The position numbers and the translations under genes are program-made. Under the pieces are notes generated by a model that was not told where the DNA came from, ran no database searches, and saw nothing but the letters and a program-made list of their open reading frames with translations. Positions 28,203 through 37,566 of a stretch of 53,045 nucleotides of DNA are shown here, piece by piece. The stretch comes from Escherichia phage AV127. The stretch lies in the sequence record OR352957, one strand, 5' to 3'. How positions within the stretch are numbered: the stretch's first letter is position 1; each line of letters starts with the position of its first letter.

Positions 28203-29095
28203 GTGACATCTTTGCTGGAATTACTGATGCTGCCAACAACTTGTACCAGGACGCCCGTGACAGACTCATGGGCGACGGTACAACCACCTTACGCTTCCGC
28301 AACTGCGGAGGTATTAAGATGGATGCTGTCACAAATGAAGAGCATCAGTCGGACCTTGACATCGCTGACAACGAACTTGAGTCCGGGGCTAAGGCTTCGG
28401 ACCATGCTGCAGTACAACCAAAAGTTATTACTGTAACTGGTGTGGTAGTTGGCTATATTGACGAGTCGATTCAAGAGTCAACAGTTAACGACGTAACCGG
28501 CTTACGGTCTATGGATTTCTTGGATGATATTCAGCTTCCACAGGTAGTGTCTACTGTCCTCGAAGGAACAAGGGACTTTGCTGTTAACAAGCTAGTCTCA
28601 TTCATAGACTGGGGCGGTTTAGACGCTACCATTTCACGCTCTTTAGTTCCATGGCTTCCTGACTTTAGTATAGCTGAACAACTTAAGTCTTCGGACAACA
28701 TGAGGATTGAACAGGTATACCGTACATTGCTGGATTTACAGAAAAACGTTATCTACTGTGACGTTGACACTGGTATCTTCAAGTATACGAATATGCTTTT
28801 GAAGTCTGTTCGTGTTGTACAGGAGAAAGATGGTTCAGCTACGTTTACCCTTACGTTCCGTGAAGTCATTGAAGTGCCGATTGTAGTTACAAACGCTGTA
28901 GCCGCTAAGTCGACAGGTCGCCCTGCTAATAACGGCACTAAGAAAAGCGGACGTGCACAAGGTCAGGGTGATGCCACCAGTAAGAAGGACATAAACACAA
29001 CTACACCGATTAGCGAGAAACGTGTAAACGATAACCGCGGTTTTGGTGTAACACTCGGTGACATGTTTGGCTTTAACTTACGAGGCATATTCTGA
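28199..29095 (+). CDS. Putative tail/baseplate protein (Mu DNA-circulation-like position)
   Basis: Position after tape measure; ATGA overlap. Confidence 0.4.
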   Translation: MSDIFAGITDAANNLYQDARDRLMGDGTTTLRFRNCGGIKMDAVTNEEHQSDLDIADNELESGAKASDHAAVQPKVITVTGVVVGYIDESIQESTVNDVTGLRSMDFLDDIQLPQVVSTVLEGTRDFAVNKLVSFIDWGGLDATISRSLVPWLPDFSIAEQLKSSDNMRIEQVYRTLLDLQKNVIYCDVDTGIFKYTNMLLKSVRVVQEKDGSATFTLTFREVIEVPIVVTNAVAAKSTGRPANNGTKKSGRAQGQGDATSKKDINTTTPISEKRVNDNRGFGVTLGDMFGFNLRGIF

Positions 29096-29511
29096 TGATA
29101 TTTACCACAACNNNNNNNNNNNNNNNNNNNNNNNNNNNNNNNNNNNNNNNNNNNNNNNNNNNNNNNNNNNNTATTTACGACTTGGAACCTACCTCCGAAG
29201 GTAAGCAATCAATATCAATTTCTACCGCTGGATATACGTATAACATTGAGTTGTACTATAACACGGTAGGTCAGCTCTGGCAGGCTACAGTGACTGACAT
29301 ATCAAGTAATGCTGTACTTTGTTCCAGTTATGCTTTACAATATGGGCGTATTGCTTTTGGTAACTGGGACACGCGTATAGCGTTGCTGGTAAGTGACAAA
29401 TCCTCCAGCCGCATCGGTCCTATGACTACAGATGACATGGGAGGACGTTGCAGTGTCTACATCGTCGACAAAACAGCCTACCCGTCAGTTTGGCCGCGCG
29501 TTAAAGCTTGA
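29095..29511 (+). CDS. Hypothetical tail protein interrupted by 60-nt N gap
   Basis: ORF track; N-run 29112-29171 makes frame and length unreliable. Confidence 0.3.
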   Translation: MIFTTXXXXXXXXXXXXXXXXXXXXXIYDLEPTSEGKQSISISTAGYTYNIELYYNTVGQLWQATVTDISSNAVLCSSYALQYGRIAFGNWDTRIALLVSDKSSSRIGPMTTDDMGGRCSVYIVDKTAYPSVWPRVKA

Positions 29512-30412
29512 GGTCAGCAACGGTAAAGATGAAGGCATAATCATCTCAAATCTTCGTGTTACCTTTGACATTCAAAAGGGTAACACGAAGCATCCAAATA
29601 AAGCGACAATCACAGTGTTCAACTTGACTGAATCCAACCGTTATAAGTTGACGTCAGGTACCTGGGATTACGTCCGTCTCTCTGTGGGTTACGGTCTTGA
29701 CAACATAGTTTATCGCTTGATATTCGAAGGCGATATTACTCGGGCTAATGACCAACGGAATGGCCTTGACATTCAGACTGTTCTCGAATGTGGCGATGCC
29801 CGTAAATCTTACAACGATGGCTTTGTTAATACGACGCTAGCTGCTGGTTCTACATATGACAGTGTTGTTGACGTTTGCCTGGCTAGCGTGCCAAACGTTG
29901 AAGAAGGGTACGTCTGCCTTGACAGCAACAAACCAGCTTTCCTGAGAGCACGTACTCTGTTCGGACAAACGCACAGCATACTCGACCAGGTTGCTGCTGC
30001 CAACAAGGCTACCTGGTCTATACAAGACAATAAACTCAATATCATTCCTAATGACTCTGTTACTGACTACGACGTTGTTGTGCTGTCAGAATCGTCTGGT
30101 ATGATTGGTGCTCCTCGCGGCACAGACAAAGGTCTTGAGGTTACTTGCAACCTGAATCCTACTCTGGCCATTGGTGGTCTCGTACAAGTAAATTCTATGT
30201 TTACACAGTACAACGGACAGTATAAAATCGACACTATAAGATTTCGGGGTGACAATAAACCGAAAGGACCGTGGCGTGCTGACTTGACGGTTCTCGGTGG
30301 ACAGTTTGCGAAGAAAGTTCGTCGACTCAAGAAGCCACGCAAGCTGTCGAAGATTGAGTACGACTATGTTACTGAACCCGGTGTTGATCATACAGTAGGC
30401 GGAGGTAGCTGA
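29432..30412 (+). CDS. Putative baseplate hub protein (start uncertain, possibly GTG 29453)
   Basis: Position in Mu/P2-like baseplate order; GGAGG precedes GTG 29453. Confidence 0.4.
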   Translation: MTWEDVAVSTSSTKQPTRQFGRALKLEVSNGKDEGIIISNLRVTFDIQKGNTKHPNKATITVFNLTESNRYKLTSGTWDYVRLSVGYGLDNIVYRLIFEGDITRANDQRNGLDIQTVLECGDARKSYNDGFVNTTLAAGSTYDSVVDVCLASVPNVEEGYVCLDSNKPAFLRARTLFGQTHSILDQVAAANKATWSIQDNKLNIIPNDSVTDYDVVVLSESSGMIGAPRGTDKGLEVTCNLNPTLAIGGLVQVNSMFTQYNGQYKIDTIRFRGDNKPKGPWRADLTVLGGQFAKKVRRLKKPRKLSKIEYDYVTEPGVDHTVGGGS

Positions 30413-31059
30413 TGTCAGCTATTGACTATAACACAGCAACACTTGATGAGGCCATTGAAGCTGCACTGTTTGCTGCAATGATTGGTAAGCGCCACTGTTT
30501 ACCTGGCCGTATAGTATCGTTTAACAGCAAACTACAGACTGTTGTTGTTGAACCTATGGTTAGTGCCGAAAACGAAGATGGTTCAATGAGACCACTACCA
30601 CCAGCAGCTGATGTTCCTTTATTCCAGCTAGGCGGTGGTGATTTTGTTATAACGCTTGAACCAAAGAAAGGCGACCCGTGCTTACTTCTTGTTGCCGACA
30701 GGTGTATTGACGTATGGTATGAGCTGGCTGAAAACGCTATACCAGGTGACTTCCGACAGAATGACCTGTCAGACTGCTTCTGTCTTGTGGGCTTCAGGCC
30801 TAAACCTCTGAAGATAACAAACTGGATGGAAGGTGTAACTATCCGTAAGGTTGATGGTAGCCACTATATCAATATTAATAATGCTGGCAAGGTATCGATA
30901 AAGGCCACAGCAGTAGACTTGCTTGATACACCAACACTTAATGCACCAAACACAGAAGCCAAGTTTAAAGAAGTTAATATTGGCGGCGTTAAGATGTCCA
31001 AACACAGACACCAAGAAAACGGTGACGGTGGCGGTATTACTAACGGCCCGCAAAACTAG
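30412..31059 (+). CDS. Putative baseplate spike protein
   Basis: 215 aa, position; ATGA overlap. Confidence 0.4.
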   Translation: MSAIDYNTATLDEAIEAALFAAMIGKRHCLPGRIVSFNSKLQTVVVEPMVSAENEDGSMRPLPPAADVPLFQLGGGDFVITLEPKKGDPCLLLVADRCIDVWYELAENAIPGDFRQNDLSDCFCLVGFRPKPLKITNWMEGVTIRKVDGSHYININNAGKVSIKATAVDLLDTPTLNAPNTEAKFKEVNIGGVKMSKHRHQENGDGGGITNGPQN

Positions 31060-31069
31060 GTAACCCACA

Positions 31070-31441
31070 ATGCGAACTAGACGACTCGATTCAAACTGGG
31101 ACTGGAATTTTGGGCGTGGCCGACTTGACTACGCCGATACGTCTGAGTCCATTGAACAACGCATCGTGCAGATACTCCGCTGTTATACTATGGACTGGGT
31201 ACACGACCTGGACTATGGCATTGACTGGTTCGGACTAATGGAGAAGCCTGTTCGATGGGCTGACCTGGAAGCTGCAATCAAGACAGCAATACTTGCGGAG
31301 TATGGAGTTAGTTCTATCGAGAGCTTTACATTGAGCTTCGACCCTGACTCACGTCACGCTGTTTATTCGGTTGAGGTTAATGATATTTACCACAACACAA
31401 CCTCTATTAACAGAAGTATTAATTTAACCGGAGAAAACTGA
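31070..31441 (+). CDS. Putative small baseplate protein (gp25/W-like position)
   Basis: 123 aa immediately before the J-like gene. Confidence 0.4.
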   Translation: MRTRRLDSNWDWNFGRGRLDYADTSESIEQRIVQILRCYTMDWVHDLDYGIDWFGLMEKPVRWADLEAAIKTAILAEYGVSSIESFTLSFDPDSRHAVYSVEVNDIYHNTTSINRSINLTGEN

Positions 31442-32613
31442 TGGGCTCTGTAACTAGCACAGGCTATGTTCCCGTCAAGCTAGACGACTGGATCAGCAGA
31501 TTCGAAACGCTCTTCCGTCGTGTGTACGGCGCGGATATTGATTTGTCAGCTAAGTCTGCTGACGGACAAATGGTTGGTATTCTGGCGCAGATGTTTGCAG
31601 ACCAGGACGAGCAAGTTGCAATTCTGTTTTCTATGCTTGACCCTAACCAGGCATCTGGTGTATACGTAGACCAGTTCCTTGCATACGTAGCGCTTCAGCG
31701 TAAAGGTGAGATGTCAACTCTGTTGACCAGGGTTAAGATTGAAGGTGACCGTAACACTATTATACGTACTCCTTACTACGTAACTGACAGCTCGAATAAC
31801 GTGTACCAGCTTAACTCCACTGTTGCGCTGGATGATAACGGTGTAGTCGAAACAAGCTTCAGTTCTGTTAAGACTGGCCGCTTTGTCGTACTTGCAAACG
31901 ATGAGCTTAAACCCCAGACCATCGTTTCTGGTGTGCGTAAAGTTACCAACATGCAAGTGTCGTCTGGCGGTGCGTCCACTGAGCTCGACTCTGAGGCAAT
32001 AGACCGTGCGTATAACTCTTACGGCAAACCTGGCACGAACAGCTTAGACGGTATTGTTGCTGAGATTCGTCAGATGACTGATGTTATCGCGTGTAACGGT
32101 TACGAGAACGAAGAAGATACTCGGGACCCGTTAACTGGCTTACCTCCTCACAGTATGCAGATTGTTGTGGATGGTGGTTCGCCTGCTGCTATTGCTGACT
32201 GTATCTTCCGTCGTAAAACTAATGGCTGTAAGCAGATTGGCACTGTGTCTTATCAGATTACGGATAAGTCAGGTACACAGCGCACAATGAAATGGAGTCA
32301 GCCTACTTATGTTGAGGCTTATGCTTCACTCGTTGTAGCCCGTAAGGAACTGTTTACCGACGTTTCCGAGGAACTTATCAAGAATGCTATTCTGTCCAAG
32401 GTGTACAATATCGGTGAAGAGGTATCAACCTACGAACTGGGTCAGCTAATTCAAGAAGCGAATGGCGTAAGCCCTAACTTCTACATCAAGACTTTCTTTG
32501 TGGGTAAATCAGCTAATCCGTCGACAGATACGATTCTGCGTATCACTGCTCTTGAGCGTGCAATATTCGCTGCAGACCGTATCACTATTGCAGTGGTGAA
32601 TGCTGATGGCTGA
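31441..32613 (+). CDS. Putative baseplate J-like protein
   Basis: 390 aa, position within baseplate cluster. Confidence 0.5.
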   Translation: MGSVTSTGYVPVKLDDWISRFETLFRRVYGADIDLSAKSADGQMVGILAQMFADQDEQVAILFSMLDPNQASGVYVDQFLAYVALQRKGEMSTLLTRVKIEGDRNTIIRTPYYVTDSSNNVYQLNSTVALDDNGVVETSFSSVKTGRFVVLANDELKPQTIVSGVRKVTNMQVSSGGASTELDSEAIDRAYNSYGKPGTNSLDGIVAEIRQMTDVIACNGYENEEDTRDPLTGLPPHSMQIVVDGGSPAAIADCIFRRKTNGCKQIGTVSYQITDKSGTQRTMKWSQPTYVEAYASLVVARKELFTDVSEELIKNAILSKVYNIGEEVSTYELGQLIQEANGVSPNFYIKTFFVGKSANPSTDTILRITALERAIFAADRITIAVVNADG

Positions 32614-33259
32614 ATATCATAAACTACTTATTCAACAGTACGCTGATAAACCAAAAGCTGTTGCAACTATTAAGGGCTTCGATGATGCAATTCAAGGTAT
32701 CTGGGACGGCGCCCAACAAGTTGTTGATAGCCTTAATATCGATAAAGCTTTTGGTAAAGGTCTTGATAATGTTGCAGCCCGCGTTGGCGCATCTCGTGTT
32801 CTCAAGAAAGGCGTAGACCGTAAGTTCTTCGGCTTTACCAACAAAGTACCAGACGTGCTTGGCTTCGGTGGTTCGTCTGGTAATAAAGGCGGTCCGTTCT
32901 ATCGCTACGGTGCATCAGTATGGGACCCGGTAATTCTTGACGACATTGACCTGCGTACTTACATCAAGATGAAAATCTGGAAGAACATGCAAGACGGTAC
33001 TATGCCGTATCTAATTGACTTCCTGATTGAATTCTTCGGAATGAATAACTTCGTTATAACTGACAACGAAGATATGACAATGACTCTGGAGATATACAGT
33101 ACTCTGACTCCGCTTAAACAAGTGTTGATTCAGAACTACGATATTCTTCCGCGCCCCACAGGGGTGAAGATTGAACTTAATACGAGCGTTGACGTTACGG
33201 ATAGTCTGTACCGTTACGCTACTGTAAACTTACCAGCACAGGTGAATGTATATGGCTGA
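32600..33259 (+). CDS. Putative baseplate protein (I-like position)
   Basis: 219 aa between J-like gene and fibre gene. Confidence 0.45.
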   Translation: MLMAEYHKLLIQQYADKPKAVATIKGFDDAIQGIWDGAQQVVDSLNIDKAFGKGLDNVAARVGASRVLKKGVDRKFFGFTNKVPDVLGFGGSSGNKGGPFYRYGASVWDPVILDDIDLRTYIKMKIWKNMQDGTMPYLIDFLIEFFGMNNFVITDNEDMTMTLEIYSTLTPLKQVLIQNYDILPRPTGVKIELNTSVDVTDSLYRYATVNLPAQVNVYG

Positions 33260-34586
33260 TGTACAAACAAGACCCGATAACGACATCTTCGCCAGCTCCG
33301 CGGGTACTGGTGAACTGCTGCCGTTCGGTGACCTTGCTCGTGGCTGGGGTGCAACCCTTGGCTACTCGGAAGGTATTCCTCCGATGGAGTGGTTTAACTT
33401 TATTGGTAACCGTACTGACAAAGGTATCCACTACATCCTTCAGCAGGGTGTTGACGTATGGGTAGAAACTGAGACCTACCCGGTTGGTGCACTGGTTAAA
33501 GTTAACGCCGACAATATGCTATACCGTTGTCTGGTGCAGAACATTAATATGCCACCGTCTGCTAACCCTACGCAGTGGCGCCCTGTACTCGACCTGACTG
33601 CAGCAACTGCTGCAGCACGACAGGTTGGTAAAGCTTCTGGTAACGTAATCCAGGTCGGTGCATTTGGCTTAGGTGGCAACGCTGAGGTAGTTACTAATGT
33701 TAACAGCATTGTAAACGACGGTATCTACCAGCTTCCAGCGTCAGGTACTGGCGGACCTACTAACGGCGTTGAGACTGAGATTCTGCATATCAACTGGGAT
33801 GCGAAAAACGCTTCACAGTGGGGACGCACCAAGGGTAAGCGCGTAATAGCCATGCGCGAGAAGGTTAACAATACCTGGGGCGGATGGTCATACTCTTACG
33901 GGCCTGACAATAAGCCTACTGCCTCTGAGCTGGGTATTAATCAGGACTTCATCCCTATGGATGGTTCTGACTCAATCCGCGGCAACTTAGGTACTGTTGG
34001 CTGGCTGCATATTGCGCGTACTACTTCCGACTTGCTACGCGCTGCTAACTCCGCCGGCGTAGGTACTGTTGAGTACTCCGGTAACATTGCAGGCGGTACT
34101 GCTGTTCAGGAATTGCTGACTTCGGTTTCTGTTGCGGCTAACAGTAACGTTGTCACTGCGGCTCGCTGGGGTTCTGTGCCTATGTCACATATCCAGCACA
34201 TTCTTACGGCAGGTGGTGCCACCCAGATTAACATGGCAGTGTGTCGTCCTGGCGGTATTGCCGACCGTCGTACAGTAGCTTTGCAGGTAGACGGTCTTAA
34301 TAGCAGAGTAACTACCACAAACAGCTTTATTTTATGCGAAAATGGTGTTAGAGTATACTCACCTAACAACCCGCAGCCTATCGATACTTCAGCCGGTAAC
34401 GTTCGGGGTATTCGACTTGGTGCTCGTATTGCTGCTGGCGTATCCGAGTCAACGTTCTACCCGGGGCATGTAATGACTGGCTGGCGCTTCGGTGATAAGA
34501 AAGAGTTGCGTGGTGGCACATACTGGTCAGCGCCGTTACAGTATTACATTAACGGCACTTGGATTAACGTAAGCAACGTATCATAA
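33246..34586 (+). CDS. Putative tail fibre protein
   Basis: 446 aa, Gly/Ser/Thr/Asn-rich, followed by two chaperone-like genes. Confidence 0.5.
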   Translation: MYMADVQTRPDNDIFASSAGTGELLPFGDLARGWGATLGYSEGIPPMEWFNFIGNRTDKGIHYILQQGVDVWVETETYPVGALVKVNADNMLYRCLVQNINMPPSANPTQWRPVLDLTAATAAARQVGKASGNVIQVGAFGLGGNAEVVTNVNSIVNDGIYQLPASGTGGPTNGVETEILHINWDAKNASQWGRTKGKRVIAMREKVNNTWGGWSYSYGPDNKPTASELGINQDFIPMDGSDSIRGNLGTVGWLHIARTTSDLLRAANSAGVGTVEYSGNIAGGTAVQELLTSVSVAANSNVVTAARWGSVPMSHIQHILTAGGATQINMAVCRPGGIADRRTVALQVDGLNSRVTTTNSFILCENGVRVYSPNNPQPIDTSAGNVRGIRLGARIAAGVSESTFYPGHVMTGWRFGDKKELRGGTYWSAPLQYYINGTWINVSNVS

Positions 34587-34594
34587 AGGTTACT

Positions 34595-35137
34595 ATGACT
34601 AAGCATAAAGTGTTCCGTAATTTTACCATGTACCATCCTGAGGTAACAGAAGAGAACGAGAACATTGTAAATGCTGGTGCAATCTTCCTCAAGGATGAGG
34701 AAGGTCGCGACTGGTACGATCTCGCAAAAGAGCTCATTAACGAATATAATGGTGCAACGTTCTTGCAGGTAGATAAGAACGGAGTGGTTGTAGCCGCACA
34801 TACCGACCCAACTATGTTCCATCCTGTGGGCTGCGATATGGTTGTGACTTACGACCCGCCTTTCAACATCTTCGAAACTGTTGGCGAATGGCTGTTTGAC
34901 GGTAAAGAGTTTACGCTTAACGCACCAATGATGAAGGAGATTGCTCGTGAGCGTAAAGAACAAGCTCTGTCCATCGCTTCGACCAAGGTCAGTGTTTTAC
35001 GCGACACAGTTGATAGTGGCAATGCTACCGATGAAGAAAAAGAGCTATTTGCTAAATGGCGTGATTACAGGATTGCTGTCAATCGTCTTGACATTAACCT
35101 TGGTTCCGCTATGGTTGTTCCACCTATGCCGGAGTAA
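34595..35137 (+). CDS. Putative tail fibre assembly protein
   Basis: 180 aa; paralogous to next ORF (shared NDWY.LAKEL and W.DYR motifs). Confidence 0.45.
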   Translation: MTKHKVFRNFTMYHPEVTEENENIVNAGAIFLKDEEGRDWYDLAKELINEYNGATFLQVDKNGVVVAAHTDPTMFHPVGCDMVVTYDPPFNIFETVGEWLFDGKEFTLNAPMMKEIARERKEQALSIASTKVSVLRDTVDSGNATDEEKELFAKWRDYRIAVNRLDINLGSAMVVPPMPE

Positions 35138-35140
35138 GCC

Positions 35141-35644
35141 ATGCAACTGTCATTTTTCAACTTTACAGAATACAACCCACAAAGGACGGCGGAGACCCTT
35201 CCGCTGATTAAGCAAGGCGTTGTATTCATCAAGGATAACAACGGTAATGACTGGCGCAAGCTGGCTAAAGAGCTGGTTAAGAATAAAGAGCTGGTTCATT
35301 ATATTGTTGTGGACAAGTACAATGCTGTTGCCGCGTATGCTAACGATCCTACGTTACTGTTTCCTGTTAACTGTGATTTGCATATTGTTGACTCTGTGCC
35401 TGTTGCTAAGTTTGCGGATTGCTACTACGAGTGGTCTTACGTTAATGGCAAATTCGTTAAGCACTCGGAGCTACAGCTAGCAATTGCAGAAGAGCGCCTG
35501 CAGGAAGAACAGGCTTGGGTTGAAGAGCAACTCGATACTGAAGAGGATGAAGAACGTATCATCGCTTTGCATAAATTCCGTGCTGATTTGATGTTGCTTG
35601 TAATGTCAGATGCGCCGCATATTGACTGGCCTGTACGACCATAA
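35141..35644 (+). CDS. Putative tail fibre assembly protein (paralog)
   Basis: 167 aa; similar N-terminal pattern to 34595-35137. Confidence 0.45.
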   Translation: MQLSFFNFTEYNPQRTAETLPLIKQGVVFIKDNNGNDWRKLAKELVKNKELVHYIVVDKYNAVAAYANDPTLLFPVNCDLHIVDSVPVAKFADCYYEWSYVNGKFVKHSELQLAIAEERLQEEQAWVEEQLDTEEDEERIIALHKFRADLMLLVMSDAPHIDWPVRP

Positions 35645-35650
35645 CTAATT

Positions 35651-35690
35651 GCTACCAGCAAGCTTGTGCAGTTGCTGGTAGTGTTTCTTT
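35651..35690 (+). terminator. Rho-independent terminator after tail genes
   Basis: TACCAGCAA...TTGCTGGTA 9-bp stem followed by GTTTCTTTT. Confidence 0.6.
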
Positions 35691-35712
35691 TATGCTTGAG
35701 TCGTGTTATAAT
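35684..35712 (+). promoter_or_regulatory. Weak promoter TTTCTT-N17-TATAAT upstream of lysis cassette
   Basis: TATAAT 35707-35712 within GTGTTATAATCCCC, same context as 10683-10694. Confidence 0.4.
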
Positions 35713-35746
35713 CCCCTCTGGGTATACAATAAACCGGAGATATGGG

Positions 35747-36007
35747 ATGTTTGACTACAACGACAAGTCTTCCCTTATTGGCCAGTTTGTGGCTTGGGTA
35801 ACAATAACAGTAAGTACTTTATCACTAAGTGATTGGGGTACTCTTATCGGTATACTCAGTTCCTTAGTGATGCTTATTGTTGTTACGTATAACCAAACAC
35901 GGCGAACCAAAATTATGTCGGATTATTACAATCGTAAGAAGCCGGTAGAGGATGAAGTCGCATCGAAAGAAGAGGTGTTGCGTGAGTCTGAAATCAGCAG
36001 CGACTAA
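35747..36007 (+). CDS. Putative holin
   Basis: 86 aa from internal ATG with GGAGA SD; two hydrophobic helices; precedes endolysin. Confidence 0.5.
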   Translation: MFDYNDKSSLIGQFVAWVTITVSTLSLSDWGTLIGILSSLVMLIVVTYNQTRRTKIMSDYYNRKKPVEDEVASKEEVLRESEISSD

Positions 36008-36020
36008 AGGAGGTTGTAGC

Positions 36021-36527
36021 GTGCTCGCTATCATCGGACTTGTTCTGTCGATGACAAGTACGCATGTCCGTACTAATAAAGAAGGCCTTGAGATAATCGG
36101 TAATGCAGAAGGTTGTATGCGCAACCCGTATGTGTGCCCTACTGGTTATTTAACAGTTGGTATTGGTAGCCGCATCTACAGCGATGAGCCCGCTGTACGC
36201 CGCGAAGGCTTGACAGACCAGGAGATTGCTGACCGCTGGGTCAAGAATATTCAAGAGGCTGAAAAGTGTGTTAATGACTGGTTCCACGGTAAAGATATGA
36301 ACACCAATCAGTTCAGTGCCATGACATCTATGGTATTCAACCATGGTTGCACTAGACTCCGTAAGAACAAGGATGGTTCACCTACCAAAATATATACTGC
36401 TGCTCGTAAACAAAACTGGACTGAAATGTGTAACCGCATAACGGACTGGGATATGGGCGGTAAGTACAGGGGCTTGACAATACGTAAGCAAAAGGAAAAG
36501 GCGCTATGTCTAAAACCGGTGCAATAA
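36021..36527 (+). CDS. Endolysin, phage lysozyme (GH24-like), probable signal-anchor-release type
   Basis: AAGGAGG SD then GTG 36021; hydrophobic N-terminus LAIIGLVLSMTS; EG...PTGYLTVGIG catalytic region. Confidence 0.6.
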   Translation: MLAIIGLVLSMTSTHVRTNKEGLEIIGNAEGCMRNPYVCPTGYLTVGIGSRIYSDEPAVRREGLTDQEIADRWVKNIQEAEKCVNDWFHGKDMNTNQFSAMTSMVFNHGCTRLRKNKDGSPTKIYTAARKQNWTEMCNRITDWDMGGKYRGLTIRKQKEKALCLKPVQ

Positions 36528-36835
36528 TTGCAGTTATTCTCGGCATCGCCATTGTATTCTTGTCCTTGTGGGTACGTGAGCTGAAAGATGATGTTGCCGA
36601 CCGCGACTGTACAATCAAACAGCTTAACAAGACTAATGGCGAATTGTCTGCTGCTAATCAAACGCTGATTAATTCCGTAAAGGATGAACGTGAGGCTTCA
36701 GCCAAACGCGCCAGTAAGATAGCTGAGCTTGAGCAACAACTGCGTGACAGGAAAGGTAAATATGACGAAGCTACAAAAGATGATTCGTGCGCTAATACCG
36801 TTGCTCCTTCTGCCGTTCTTGACCTCATGCGCTGA
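36506..36835 (+). CDS. i-spanin (Rz-like)
   Basis: N-terminal TM helix IIAVILGIAIVFLSLWV then coiled coil. Confidence 0.55.
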   Translation: MSKTGAIIAVILGIAIVFLSLWVRELKDDVADRDCTIKQLNKTNGELSAANQTLINSVKDEREASAKRASKIAELEQQLRDRKGKYDEATKDDSCANTVAPSAVLDLMR

Positions 36836-37037
36836 TAAACCTGAAGTTGTTTATGTTGACAGGATAGTCAAGGTTTATCCGCCTGGCGCATACATGGTTA
36901 AATGCCATAAACCTGAATTAACCGGTAATACCTGGAAAGCAATAGGTCAGTTAGCTATTGAACGCGGAACAGCTCTTGATGACTGTGCAGACAAGATGGA
37001 CAGCATAATTGACTGGAGTAACAAAGGGGCCGAGTGA
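36762..37037 (+). CDS. o-spanin (Rz1-like lipoprotein) overlapping the i-spanin 3' end
   Basis: Signal peptide ending in lipobox LTSC; starts inside Rz in +1 frame and extends past it. Confidence 0.55.
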   Translation: MTKLQKMIRALIPLLLLPFLTSCADKPEVVYVDRIVKVYPPGAYMVKCHKPELTGNTWKAIGQLAIERGTALDDCADKMDSIIDWSNKGAE

Positions 37038-37051
37038 AGGCCCCTTTATTT
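37026..37051 (+). terminator. Rho-independent terminator ending the plus-strand late block, at the convergence point with the minus block
   Basis: GGGGCC-GAGTGAA-GGCCCC then TTTATTT. Confidence 0.7.
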
Positions 37052-37066
37052 ATTAGCGTTTACCTT

Positions 37067-37276
37067 TTAGTTCGTTATACTGCGCACACGCCGCACACAA
37101 TACTGTACCAGGTAAAAGCTGACGCCTCTTTTCTTCAATATCATCCCACACTGGTAGCACGTCAGCGGGCTTACGCCTGTATATCTGACACGGTTTGACA
37201 GTGCTGCTTCACGGGCCACTTGTTCAGCTTCTGCCGCCATATCATTAAGGTCTGATGTGCGTGTAGTTTCAATCAT
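37067..37276 (-). CDS. Hypothetical small protein (69 aa)
   Basis: ORF track; last gene of minus-strand block. Confidence 0.35.
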   Translation of the reverse strand: MIETTRTSDLNDMAAEAEQVAREAALSNRVRYTGVSPLTCYQCGMILKKRGVSFYLVQYCVRRVRSITN

Positions 37277-37551
37277 TATTTTCCCTCTTCTTCACAATAC
37301 AGGGTTTCTAATTCATCGCATAGCTGTTGCGTCCAGCAATCATCATCGCCACGTATCTGGAAACACAACACAGGAATATCCTGCCGTAAAATATCACTCT
37401 TGTAAATCTTTTTGGCAACAGCTTCTGGTTCTTCCTGGAATATCTTCATAAACCAGTCCAGGCTTGATATACATCCTGAGGCGTCTAGTATCTCCTTCGC
37501 CCTTAACTTAAGCGTTTCATCTGCCTCATACTCTAAACCTATCTTAGACAT
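37276..37551 (-). CDS. Hypothetical acidic protein (91 aa)
   Basis: ORF track. Confidence 0.45.
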   Translation of the reverse strand: MSKIGLEYEADETLKLRAKEILDASGCISSLDWFMKIFQEEPEAVAKKIYKSDILRQDIPVLCFQIRGDDDCWTQQLCDELETLYCEEEGK

Positions 37552-37566
37552 ACTATAGACCTTTAA

